A stretch of DNA of 64,000 bases from contig JBOHWH010000030.1 in assembly GCA_050736695.1 (NCBI GenBank), positions 584-64,583 on the forward strand, given 5' to 3'. Each line of letters begins with the position of its first letter. Positions within the stretch are counted from its first letter, which is position 1. Below are positions 19,608 to 29,089 of this stretch, one piece after another. A model generated the notes under the pieces. The model saw nothing but the letters and a program-made list of their open reading frames with translations, searched no databases and was not told where the DNA came from. A program made the position numbers and the translations under genes. This stretch comes from Candidatus Binataceae bacterium (lineage in GTDB: Bacteria > Desulfobacterota > Binatia > Binatales > Binataceae).

Positions 19608-19892
19608 TTGTCGGTGACTAAGCTGCTATTGAACATTCTATTCTGGAATTTCTTTACGCTAGCAGGGTGGCTACTCGTGATTGGTACGTATAAGAGATGG
19701 GAATGGCTGATCGATCCGCCTACTAAGTATTGGATGGTTTATTCGCAGTCCGCAATTAAACGAGTCTTCGGACGCCGTACAGTTGTTATTTTTACATATT
19801 CGTTGGCGGTAGCACTCATCGTAGTTGGTATGTTCAGCCTGATACAAATCGGGATCTCAGCTACGCATGTGCCTGGGACCAGATTGGGCTGA
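19608..19892 (+). CDS. Small 3-TM protein, candidate immunity protein for CT-B
   Basis: 94 aa, hydrophobic, starting 14 nt after the CT-B stop. Confidence 0.4.
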   Translation: MSVTKLLLNILFWNFFTLAGWLLVIGTYKRWEWLIDPPTKYWMVYSQSAIKRVFGRRTVVIFTYSLAVALIVVGMFSLIQIGISATHVPGTRLG

Positions 19893-20077
19893 CATGCGAA
19901 ATCCTTCGAACTTTGAGAGTTGCAAGGGAAGATCCAAGGTGTCTTTACTTGCAATCGGCGCCAACAATGCGAAAAGCCACCTTGCTGCTTCGCCGCGACG
20001 GCCGCCAGTGAACTGAGGAACCACTGCTGAGGGAAAGAGTTGTTCCGCCAAAACAATGGAAAAGAAATAGCGGCGCT

Positions 20078-20518
20078 GTGGGCTGTATTCGAGACGGCAG
20101 GACGCAGACTCTCACGCTGCCCAACGGCGTCAGCATCGCGTATGGCTACGACGCGGACTCGGATCCAACCTCGATAAACTACAGCAACACCGGCGCCGGA
20201 GCGCTCGGCGGCCTGACCTACGGTTACGACAACGACGGCAGGGTGAACAGCTTGGGCGGCTCACTCGCCAGCGTCAATCTGCCCGCCGCGATGACAGCGA
20301 CCTACGACACCGGCAATCAACTCGCGACCTGGAACGGGAACGCGGCGACGACCGATGGCAACGGCAACCTGCGTAGCGACCCGTCAGTGACCGGAACATA
20401 CACCTGGAACGAACGCAATCAACTATCAACCGCGACGGTCGGCGGCGTGCAAAGCAGCTTCCACTACGGTCAAATCCGCGACGCCGCCCAAATCGTCGCC
20501 GCGACCGCGAGTGAGTAG
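20078..20518 (+). pseudogene. Rhs YD-repeat fragment C fused to a duplicated ParB-like gene tail
   Basis: 20094-20459 parallels 18207-18572 of unit B (DGRxQTLTLPNG...ATVGxxQSS). The frame then runs into repeat copy 2 and ends HYGQIRDAAQIVAATASE, identical to the ParB-like protein C-terminus. Confidence 0.65.
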
Positions 20519-20623
20519 CGATCGCCGAATCGCGGCCCTGCGACGAAAGGCTCCTTCAGACGACGCGCGCCACGCCGGGGATGATGCGGATTGCCGCGCT
20601 TGATCCCCAACTGAGTAGCAGCA
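20460..20623. repeat. Direct repeat copy 2 (164 bp)
   Basis: It matches 16518-16681. It contains the genuine 3' end of the acyltransferase gene plus a duplicated ParB-like gene tail. Confidence 0.85.
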
Positions 20624-21806
20624 CGCCTGCGAAAACCAGCACTCCTTTCACAAATGCGGGTAGTGGCGCTTCGAGTATCGCCAACTGCAGCCATGAGACG
20701 AACATGTAGTGGATAATGTACATCCCATATTCGTTTTCGCTCAGACTGTCGTAAACCCATCGGCGGCGAGTGGCGAAACGGATGAATAACGCGAGAAATG
20801 CGAACGACAGCGCGGCGCACGTGATCGCCCAAATGCCGCCGCCCACCGCGCCGACGATGGCGGTCGAAGCCCTCAGATCGGGATGGGTTATTACGATGAA
20901 GAAGAAAACCACGCTCAGGAAGAACACAACCAGTCCGCCTGCAACCCATCGACCCCAGTGACGCGCTAGAATTCCGTCGGGCGCGAGCAGGCCGCGATCA
21001 ATTCCGTACGAGCCGACGCCGATCCCGGCAATGAAATAAACTGCGTAATGGAACAGGCGCGAAGTCTGAAACTGGAATGGCCCGATGCTGGTCCAGTACC
21101 CCGCGCTGTAAATCATAGCCATCGGGATATAGACCGCGACTGAGATCGCCGTGAGGAGCAGGAAGAAACGAACTGGATGCATTCGCGCATTGGACGTGAG
21201 CCGGCCGACTACATCGCCGAACTTCGGCATCATCGCGAATATCGCGGCCGCTACGATATCGAAGGCAAGCAGCAGCCAGATGAACCACGCCGGTCCCGTC
21301 GGCCAGTCGCCAAAAGACATCCACGCGTGAACGTAACCGGACAGCCCATGCTCTCCGGCCTGCAGGTAAGTGGGGTAGTAGGCGATTGGCGCGACCACCG
21401 CCGCGGCCACCAGGAATGGGAGGCCGAGCCGGATCATCCGATCGCGGACGAAGGTCGAGCCGCCCTTGCGCCGCAGACTCGACCATACGAACAGTCCCGA
21501 GACGAAGAACATCAGCGACATGAAGAAGTCGTCGTTGAAGCCGGTGAACAGGCTGAAGCCGACCCAATGCGCTTGTCGATCGATGACCGGGAATGCGCGC
21601 CACCATAGCGGCGGGACCCCAAACTGTTTTCCAATCGGCGGCGGCGACTCGACATAGGCAAGCACCGAATGATGCGCCAGAACCAGCACCACCAGAAAGC
21701 CGCGAAGATATCCGAGCGCAAGGTTGTGCGCCGGGCCGGATCCGGGTTCAGGTTTAGTTGATGCCGGCGTAAAGGAGGCGATCGCTTCCGGAATCGAGGC
21801 CATCAC
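20556..21806 (-). CDS. Acyltransferase family 3 membrane protein
   Basis: 416 aa with about 10 TM helices and an LRGFLVVLVLAHHS N-terminal motif. Confidence 0.85.
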   Translation of the reverse strand: MMASIPEAIASFTPASTKPEPGSGPAHNLALGYLRGFLVVLVLAHHSVLAYVESPPPIGKQFGVPPLWWRAFPVIDRQAHWVGFSLFTGFNDDFFMSLMFFVSGLFVWSSLRRKGGSTFVRDRMIRLGLPFLVAAAVVAPIAYYPTYLQAGEHGLSGYVHAWMSFGDWPTGPAWFIWLLLAFDIVAAAIFAMMPKFGDVVGRLTSNARMHPVRFFLLLTAISVAVYIPMAMIYSAGYWTSIGPFQFQTSRLFHYAVYFIAGIGVGSYGIDRGLLAPDGILARHWGRWVAGGLVVFFLSVVFFFIVITHPDLRASTAIVGAVGGGIWAITCAALSFAFLALFIRFATRRRWVYDSLSENEYGMYIIHYMFVSWLQLAILEAPLPAFVKGVLVFAGVLLLSWGSSAAIRIIPGVARVV

Positions 21807-21834
21807 TATGCCTCTTCCGCCCGGTCCGCGCCGT

Positions 21835-23541
21835 TTACGCTGCCGCCGGGGCCTGAGTTAGCTCGAATACTCCGGGCTCGAGGCCTTCTTTTGAGCGCAG
21901 GACGATCTTGGAGTCGAGCTTGTGCTCGAGCGTCTCCAGGTCTTTGGCGCCAGTGTCATAAAGATAGCGCGCGACTTCGGGACTGATCTTCACGATTATC
22001 ATGTCGGTGTGCGGACGCCGGATCGTCTCGCGATAAATCCCGCGCAGCACTTCGGCCGCCAGCGTCGGTACCGATTTGATCACACGCCGCCCCTGGCATC
22101 GCGAACACTGCTCGGTCAGAAGAGCCTCAAGGCTGTCGCGGGTCCGCTTGCGCGTCATCTGGACGAGTCCCAACTCGGAGATTCTGAGCGCGCTGGTGCG
22201 CGCCTTGTCGCGACGCAGCGCCGCGGCCAGCGCCTCGCTGACTTTTTTGCGATCGGGATCGCGCGACATGTCGATAAAATCAACGATTATAATCCCGCCG
22301 ATATTGCGCAGCCGGAGTTGCTTCACGACCTCGTCGGCCGCTTCCAGATTGGTCTTCAGGACGGTGTCATCCTGATTGTGCTTGCCGACGAAGCGTCCCG
22401 TGTTCACGTCGATCGCGGTCAATGCCTCGGCCTGATCGAATACCAGGTAGCCGCCCGACTTGAGCCACACCTTGCGATCGAGCGCGCGCTCGATCTGCGG
22501 TTCGATATTGAACTTGTCGAAGATCGGCTCGGACCCCTGATGGAGCATCGCGCGCGCGCGCAGCCGCGGCATATAGGTCTGCACGAATTGCACGATTCGG
22601 CTGTAGATATCAGGGTCGTCGCACCAAAGCCGCTCGACCTCGCTTGAGAACATATCGCGCACGGTGCGCAGCGCCACGTCGAGGTCGCTGTAGAGCATCG
22701 TCGCCGGGCGACTCGACTCGTTGCGCTTCACGATCGAGTTCCAGGTCTTGGTCAGAAACGCGATATCGCGCTGGATCTCGCGGCGGCTGAGACCCTCGCA
22801 CGCGGTGCGCACGATAAATCCGCCCTGCGCGGGACGCACTTCGCTGACCGTTTCGCGCAGCCGCGCGCGCTCCTCCGCGCTCGCGATACGACGCGAGACT
22901 CCGAGATGATTGCTGGTCGGCGTGTAAACCAGGTAGCGTCCCGGCAGCGAAATCGACGAGGTCAGCCGCGCCCCCTTCGTCCCCATCGGCTCCTTCGCGA
23001 TTTGGACGATTATCTCCTGGCCGCGATGAAGCTGCTGCTCGATCGGCAACCTGCTCCGCTGCGGCTCGTTGCGCTGATGACGCCGCCCTCCGCGGCGGCT
23101 GCGCCGTCCGCGTCCCTGCGGCGCGCCCTCGGCGGAAGCTGACGCGGGATCGTCGTCAGAGCGGGAAATCTCGCCCTCCGCGGCAATCTGCGCGGCGTCG
23201 AGCTCCTGCTCCAAAGGATGTTCGCCGCCGTGGTCGCCATTTTGCGCCGCAAGTTCGTCGGTCTCGACGTCGCCCTCGCCGATAACTTCCGCCATCGAGC
23301 TGAACGCGTCGGCGCCGCCGTGGAAATCCGAGACGTGCAGGAAGCCGGCCTTCGCGAGCCCGATATCGACGAACGCCGCCTGCATCCCGGGCAAAACTCG
23401 CGTAACTTTGCCCTTGTAGATATTTCCGGCCAGTCCGCGATGAGCAGTGCGCTCCAAAAAAAACTCGGCCAGCGAATTGTCTTCCATTAGCGCCACGCGC
23501 ACTTCGAGTGCGGAGGCGTTGATTACGATTTCACGTTTCAC
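21835..23541 (-). CDS. rng: Ribonuclease E/G family endoribonuclease
   Basis: S1 domain GNIYKGKVTRVLPGMQAAFVDIG and a DFIDM catalytic-region motif. An acidic or Arg-rich insert follows the S1 domain. Confidence 0.9.
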   Translation of the reverse strand: MKREIVINASALEVRVALMEDNSLAEFFLERTAHRGLAGNIYKGKVTRVLPGMQAAFVDIGLAKAGFLHVSDFHGGADAFSSMAEVIGEGDVETDELAAQNGDHGGEHPLEQELDAAQIAAEGEISRSDDDPASASAEGAPQGRGRRSRRGGRRHQRNEPQRSRLPIEQQLHRGQEIIVQIAKEPMGTKGARLTSSISLPGRYLVYTPTSNHLGVSRRIASAEERARLRETVSEVRPAQGGFIVRTACEGLSRREIQRDIAFLTKTWNSIVKRNESSRPATMLYSDLDVALRTVRDMFSSEVERLWCDDPDIYSRIVQFVQTYMPRLRARAMLHQGSEPIFDKFNIEPQIERALDRKVWLKSGGYLVFDQAEALTAIDVNTGRFVGKHNQDDTVLKTNLEAADEVVKQLRLRNIGGIIIVDFIDMSRDPDRKKVSEALAAALRRDKARTSALRISELGLVQMTRKRTRDSLEALLTEQCSRCQGRRVIKSVPTLAAEVLRGIYRETIRRPHTDMIIVKISPEVARYLYDTGAKDLETLEHKLDSKIVLRSKEGLEPGVFELTQAPAAA

Positions 23542-23787
23542 TTGAGAATGGTTTTACCCCGCGCCACGCGGATCTTTCAATTTTGGTTTGCAAGTACGAC
23601 AAGTACAGGTTGGGTTCGGATGGCGATTTTGCCTGATCGGGATAGGGCTGATGTGCCCGTCTGAAGTGCATTCTTCCTCCGCCCACGTCCTGCCCACCTG
23701 AGCGCCCGCGCCTCTTGGCGGATCATACGGAGCAGCCTTCTCGGGCGCAAGGCAATCCCCGATCAGCCTGATTTCACGGGCTTTTTT

Positions 23788-24483
23788 ATGTCGCCGCACT
23801 TGACAGCGCATCCGCACGCCAGTAACCAAGTTATGATGTCTTCCGCCGCACAGACATTCGCGCTACCGATGGGCGGCACCAGCGTTCTCAATACCAAAGT
23901 GCTGGTGCTGAACCGTTCGTACCTGCCGGTTCATGTTACCTCGGTAAAGCGCGCCTTCGCACTGCTCTATCAGGGCGTCGCGCGCGTGGTTGACGACCAG
24001 TATCGCACTTTCGATTTTGATTCGTGGCGCGATCTCGCGATCGACGTGCATCACGAGCGTTTGGGTATCGTGGGCGGATTTATTCGCGTGCCGCGCGTAT
24101 TGTTGCTGACCGCCTACGAGCGCGTCCCCAAGCGCCACGTGCGCTTTTCGCGCTTCAATATCTTCGCGCGCGACAACAACACCTGCCAGTACTGCGGCCG
24201 GCGGCTGCCGCGCACCGAGCTCAATCTCGACCACGTGATGCCGCGTTCGCGCGGCGGCACCTCGACTTGGGAGAACATCGTCTGCTCGTGTCATCACTGC
24301 AATCGCAGAAAGGGCGGACGTACTCCGGAAGAGGCGGCAATGATGTTGATTCGCAGACCGCGCCGGCCCGAGTGGACGCCGTTCAGCGCTGAGATGTTTT
24401 CGCTCAGACGTTATCGCGAATGGATGCCGTTCCTGTCGCAGGTCGATAGCGCTTACTGGAATACCGAATTGATCCAAGGCTGA
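23788..24483 (+). CDS. HNH endonuclease
   Basis: CQYCG..LNLDHVMPRSRGG..WENIVCSCHHCNRRK. The true start may be an internal Met near 23833. Confidence 0.8.
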   Translation: MSPHLTAHPHASNQVMMSSAAQTFALPMGGTSVLNTKVLVLNRSYLPVHVTSVKRAFALLYQGVARVVDDQYRTFDFDSWRDLAIDVHHERLGIVGGFIRVPRVLLLTAYERVPKRHVRFSRFNIFARDNNTCQYCGRRLPRTELNLDHVMPRSRGGTSTWENIVCSCHHCNRRKGGRTPEEAAMMLIRRPRRPEWTPFSAEMFSLRRYREWMPFLSQVDSAYWNTELIQG

Positions 24484-24630
24484 CCACGCGGTTAGTCTGG
24501 GTGGTAAACCACTATGTCTCGGGCCTGCGTGGGGTTATCCACACGACGGGTTGGGGCGTACACTTGATCCTGGGCTAAGGGTCTGGGATAAGCGATCCAA
24601 CGGTGGTGGTGTGGTGGAGGCGTCGGCAGT

Positions 24631-27600
24631 ATGCGTCTTAAGAGCCTTGAGTTAGTAGGCTTCAAGTCATTTTTCGATTCCACGTCGATCAGTTTCGCGC
24701 CCGGGATGACCGCCGTGGTCGGTCCAAACGGATGCGGCAAATCGAACGTGGTTGACGCGATAAGATGGGTTCTGGGCGAGCAGGCGCCAACGCGGCTGCG
24801 CGGCAAGAGCACCGAAGATCTCATCTACATCGGCAACGACCAGAATCCTGCCGCCGGCATGGCCGAGGTGGCGCTTATCCTCGAAGCCGAAGAAAGCAGC
24901 TTGCTCCCCGAGCCATACTCGGCGCTCAGCGAGGTCGCGGTCACGCGCCGCGTTTATCGCTCGGGTGATTCAGAATATCTGCTCAACAAGATTCCTTGCC
25001 GGCTGAAGGACATCACCGAGTTTTTCATGGCTGCGCAGATTCATAGCCGCGGCTACTCGCTGATCGAGCAGGGCAAGATCGAGGAAATTATCCAAGCCAA
25101 GCCGCACGAGCTGCGCGCGATGATCGAAGAGGCCGCCGGACTGGCGCTGTTCAAGGGACGCCGCGAACTCTCCGAGCGCAAGCTCGAACGCGTCAAGGAA
25201 AATCTCTCACGCCTGAACGATGTCTTGAGCGAGATCGAGCGTCAGCTCAACTATGCGCGGCGCCAGGCCAAGAAGGCCGAGCAATACAAACTCATCCGCA
25301 CCGAACTATCCGAGCTCGAGCGGCTATCAGCCGCGCGCCGCCTGATCGATCATCGCGGGGCCTTCGCGCACGAAACCGCTCTAGCCGATGAGCTCATCGC
25401 GTCGGGCGAGACGGCGCGCTCTGAGTCCGTCGCGCTGCAAAGCGAAACCGAAACCGCGCAGAGCGCGGCGCAGGCCGCGCGCGCCGAGCTATCAGCCGCG
25501 GAGCGCGAGCTGCAGAATCTGCACGCCGGCGCAGCCGAGCGCGAGCGCACACGGGATTTCCTTAACCGGCGGCTGGAATCGATCTTCGAGATGCAACCCG
25601 CGCTGGCCGACCGTCTGGCCGAGCTCGAAAATCGCGCGACGCTCGCGCGCGCGGCGCGCGCCGCCGCCTCCGCGCGCCTTGCGCGTGAAACCGCCGTAGG
25701 AGAATCGACCGGAGAGAATGCGCTGGCCGATCTGACCCGCCGCCTCGAAGTCGCGCAGCGCGAGCTTAAAAACTCCGAGCGCCGCGCCGAAGATCTCAAA
25801 GACGAATTGTCAGAAATAATTCGCGAAGCCGCGGTTATCCGCGGACGCCTGGGTGATCTGACCGGCGAGCGCGCGGAACTCGAAGAGAACCTCGCCGCGC
25901 ATTCGGTCGCCGCGCCCGGATTAACCGGGCAGAGCGCTACCGCGATCGCATCGCTTGCCGAGGCGGAGCGCGCGCTCGAGATTATCCGCGCCGAGATAAC
26001 TGCGCTCGAAAGCGGACAGCGCGAGGTGAAGGAACGCGAAATCGAAACTCGCGCCGCGCTCGAGCATCTGGGCCGGCGCGCCGCCGCGCTGCGGTCCTCG
26101 CTCTCGGCGCGCGTCGCGCCTCAGGCCGAGGCGGCAATTGCGGATGCCGGACGCCGGCTGAACACCGTGCTTGAATCGATGAACGGCGATCGCCCGAAGG
26201 CCGCGCCGGCGTGGCTGCGCGATGTGTTGCGTGCGCCCGCTGAGATTGCGCCCGCGCTGCATGCGGTGCTCGGCAACGAACTCGAAGCGGTCGTCGCCGA
26301 GTCGCCGGCGTTTGCGCTGCGCGCGATCGAAATCCTGAAGGAAACTCGCGCCGGGCGCCTGAGTTTCGTGCAGGAACCAGACGCCGCCGCAAGCTCGCAT
26401 CCCGCAATCGACGCGCCCGGAGTGGCGGGTCGTTTGGTTGATATGCTCGAGGTTGAGCCGCGTTATCGCCAGGTCGCCGAGGCGATGCTCGGGCATGTGA
26501 TGCTGGCCGACGATCTGAATTCCGCGCTTGCCGCATCGAATCTGAACGGTCACGGAACCCTGTTCGTCACGCGCGATGGCGATGTCCTCAAACCCGGCCG
26601 CATGATTATCGGCGGCAGCGCCGACGATTCCGGCGCCACCGTGCGTACCGCCGATCTCGCCGCGCGCGAAAGCGCGGAGCGCGAACTCGCGCGCACCGAA
26701 GAAGAGCATCGCGAACTCTCCGCAAGATTTGGCGAGCATCGCAGCGTGCGCGAGGCCGCCGACATGGCGCTTGCCACGGCACGCGGACGCGGACGCGAGG
26801 CCGAGCGCACCGTCGGCGCGGCTCGCGCGTCGGTTGCGCACGCCGAGCAGGAAGCAGCGCTGGCAACGCAGCGAATCGTGGGTGCGCGTAACAGACTCGA
26901 GGAAATCGCAGAATTGATCGCCACGGCGAACGCGCGGATGGAAGCGCTTGCGATGGCAGAGCAGGAGGCGCGCTCGCGGCTGTCAGTCCTTCGCGACGCA
27001 ATCGCACTTGGCCGCGCGGCGGCGGAACAACTCGGAGCCGCGGTGATGGAAGCTGCCGCCCGAGTTGAGGCTCGCAAGTCGGAACTGGCCGCGATGCGCC
27101 GTGAGCAGGCCCACGCGGCCGAGACCGCGCAACAGATCGAGTCGCAGATTGGGGAGCATCGCGAGAGCCTCGAACGCGCGCGCGCCGATCGCGTCGAATT
27201 CGAGTGCGAACTCGAAAAAATCGCAGAGCAGGGCGCTGCCGCGCGCGCGCGCGCGACCGAACTCGATCTCGCGCTCGCAAGGCTCGGCGGGGAGTGCGCC
27301 GGCCGCGAGAGCGAACTCGAATCGGTTCGGACGCGGCTCAAAGCCGGGCAGGAGCGCCTGCGCGCGCTCGAGAGCGAGGCGATCGAATGCAACTTGCGCC
27401 GGGAGCGGGCGCGTACGCTGAGCGAAGAGCTCGAGCGCAGCTTCCGCGAAAAGTTTGAGCTCGACTTCGATTCCGCCGCGGCGGAAATTATCGCCGCGCT
27501 CGAGGTCCGCGACGCTGCCGCCGACGACACGCGCCTCGCAGAGCTGCGCGTCCGCGCCGAACGTATCGGCGAGGTGAATCTCGCTGCCGACAGCGAGGTC

Positions 27601-28167
27601 AAGGAGCTCGAAGAGCGCTCGGCAGCTCTAGGAGCCGAGCGGACCGATCTGGAATCGGCGCTGCAGGATCTGACCCAGACCATCACCAAGCTCAATCGCG
27701 AGGCGCGCCGCCGCTTTGCCGAGACGTTCGAGGGCGCCGCTAAGAATTTCGAAGAGCTGTTCCCCAAACTGATGCGCGGCGGAAAGGGGCGTCTTGAACT
27801 GATCGAAGCCACCGAGGCATCCGAGGCCGGAGTCGCAATCCTGGTTCAGCCCGCAGGCAAGAGGGTCAAGGAGATCGGCCTGCTCTCGGGCGGCGAGAAA
27901 GCGCTCTCCGCGATGGCGCTGGTGTTTTCGCTATTCCTGCTCAACCCGAGTCCGTTCTGCGTGATGGACGAAGTCGATGCGCCGCTGGACGAGTTCAGCC
28001 TCGCGCGCTTCACCGATCTGCTGGCCGAGCTGAAGGATCGCTCGCAGTTTATCGTGATCACGCACAACCAGCGCACGATGCAGTGTGCCGATCAGATTCA
28101 CGGCGTCACGATGGACCGCCCAGGAATCTCAAAGATCATCTCGCTAAAGATTCCGCAAGCCGCATAG
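24631..28167 (+). CDS. smc: Chromosome segregation protein SMC
   Basis: 1178 aa with Walker A GPNGCGKSN, long Ala/Glu/Arg coiled coils, a hinge, the LSGGEKAL signature and Walker B FCVMDEVDAPLD. Confidence 0.95.
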   Translation: MRLKSLELVGFKSFFDSTSISFAPGMTAVVGPNGCGKSNVVDAIRWVLGEQAPTRLRGKSTEDLIYIGNDQNPAAGMAEVALILEAEESSLLPEPYSALSEVAVTRRVYRSGDSEYLLNKIPCRLKDITEFFMAAQIHSRGYSLIEQGKIEEIIQAKPHELRAMIEEAAGLALFKGRRELSERKLERVKENLSRLNDVLSEIERQLNYARRQAKKAEQYKLIRTELSELERLSAARRLIDHRGAFAHETALADELIASGETARSESVALQSETETAQSAAQAARAELSAAERELQNLHAGAAERERTRDFLNRRLESIFEMQPALADRLAELENRATLARAARAAASARLARETAVGESTGENALADLTRRLEVAQRELKNSERRAEDLKDELSEIIREAAVIRGRLGDLTGERAELEENLAAHSVAAPGLTGQSATAIASLAEAERALEIIRAEITALESGQREVKEREIETRAALEHLGRRAAALRSSLSARVAPQAEAAIADAGRRLNTVLESMNGDRPKAAPAWLRDVLRAPAEIAPALHAVLGNELEAVVAESPAFALRAIEILKETRAGRLSFVQEPDAAASSHPAIDAPGVAGRLVDMLEVEPRYRQVAEAMLGHVMLADDLNSALAASNLNGHGTLFVTRDGDVLKPGRMIIGGSADDSGATVRTADLAARESAERELARTEEEHRELSARFGEHRSVREAADMALATARGRGREAERTVGAARASVAHAEQEAALATQRIVGARNRLEEIAELIATANARMEALAMAEQEARSRLSVLRDAIALGRAAAEQLGAAVMEAAARVEARKSELAAMRREQAHAAETAQQIESQIGEHRESLERARADRVEFECELEKIAEQGAAARARATELDLALARLGGECAGRESELESVRTRLKAGQERLRALESEAIECNLRRERARTLSEELERSFREKFELDFDSAAAEIIAALEVRDAAADDTRLAELRVRAERIGEVNLAADSEVKELEERSAALGAERTDLESALQDLTQTITKLNREARRRFAETFEGAAKNFEELFPKLMRGGKGRLELIEATEASEAGVAILVQPAGKRVKEIGLLSGGEKALSAMALVFSLFLLNPSPFCVMDEVDAPLDEFSLARFTDLLAELKDRSQFIVITHNQRTMQCADQIHGVTMDRPGISKIISLKIPQAA

Positions 28168-28168
28168 C

Positions 28169-29089
28169 ATGGCGCCTCGCCAACCGGCCACTACGACACT
28201 AAGCTTAATGGAGTTTGACCTGGACGTAGAACAGCCGCGCAAGTCAGCCCCCGTGCCCGTAGGTAGCATTGAGCCGCTCGCGCGCAGGCTGAATGTCCCG
28301 CCCGAACGGCAACTGCTTTACAAGATAATGACCGTCGAAACCCTGTTGCGGTCAATTGCAGAGGCGTACCTGCACTTTAATCGTGTGGATCTCTACCGAG
28401 ACTTTCCGGGTGCGGATCCGCACGATGGGCAGCAATTGCCTAGCGACCAACAAGGCAATACGACGGCCAGGTTCGAGAAAGCCCCTAATTTCTCTATGGC
28501 CGATTATTACGATCAATCGCGTTCCAGAAGCTACGCGTGCCGCCTTTCGTTGGAAAATTCAAATTTCATTTGGAATAACTACGCAAGCGGTAGCGAACGC
28601 GGCAAAGTCTGCATTGTCTTTGACTTTGGGAAGTTGCGCGCGATGCTCAACCGCACTCTGCAGCCTGGAAATGCGGCACTCCTATATCGCGGCAACCAGT
28701 GCCATCAAATCTTTTCCATAAATTTTGGGATCATCGAGTATATCGAATGGGACCAACATCAAGCGAACTCGCCGTATCTCCCTAACCCCGTCGAGTACTC
28801 ATATTTGAAGGCCAAGAAGTTTTGCGAAGAAAAAGAATTCCGCATTTCCTTGTCTGCACTGGGCATAGGGCAGTTTGCCCTCAATGACGGTAGCACGATG
28901 CAGTTTCCGGCCAGTTTGCAAATGTACTTCGATTTCAGAGCAGCTATTGCAGAAGGGACGATTCGAGAGATCTTGTACGCACCGGATTGCGACCGCGTCT
29001 TTCTACACGCAGAGCTGCGCAAGCTATGCACTGTGCCCGAGGATGAGAACGCTTCCGGCAATATGCAGCGGACAAGAGTGGGACCCTGA
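28169..29089 (+). CDS. DUF2971-like protein
   Basis: LYKIMTVETLLRSIAEAYLHFNRVDLYRDF and YACRLSLENSNFIWNNYASGSERGKVCIVFDF resemble the two conserved DUF2971 blocks. GC is clearly lower than in smc. Confidence 0.5.
   Translation: MAPRQPATTTLSLMEFDLDVEQPRKSAPVPVGSIEPLARRLNVPPERQLLYKIMTVETLLRSIAEAYLHFNRVDLYRDFPGADPHDGQQLPSDQQGNTTARFEKAPNFSMADYYDQSRSRSYACRLSLENSNFIWNNYASGSERGKVCIVFDFGKLRAMLNRTLQPGNAALLYRGNQCHQIFSINFGIIEYIEWDQHQANSPYLPNPVEYSYLKAKKFCEEKEFRISLSALGIGQFALNDGSTMQFPASLQMYFDFRAAIAEGTIREILYAPDCDRVFLHAELRKLCTVPEDENASGNMQRTRVGP

Larger units (their letters stand above)
16682..20459 (+). other. Orphan Rhs toxin/immunity island (lower GC than flanks)
   Basis: Three Rhs-derived fragments and two small membrane-protein genes, all on the + strand. 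The island is bounded by the 164-bp direct repeat. No full-length Rhs shell, PAAR, VgrG or secretion genes are in the window. Confidence 0.7.

Noticed and set aside
26550-27812. 420-aa minus-strand ORF and other long ORFs inside smc (25350-25799, 25921-26841, 26606-27280).
   Set aside because: They are antisense or out of frame to smc, whose Walker A, signature and Walker B motifs fix the true frame. Their translations are Ser/Arg/Ala repeats.
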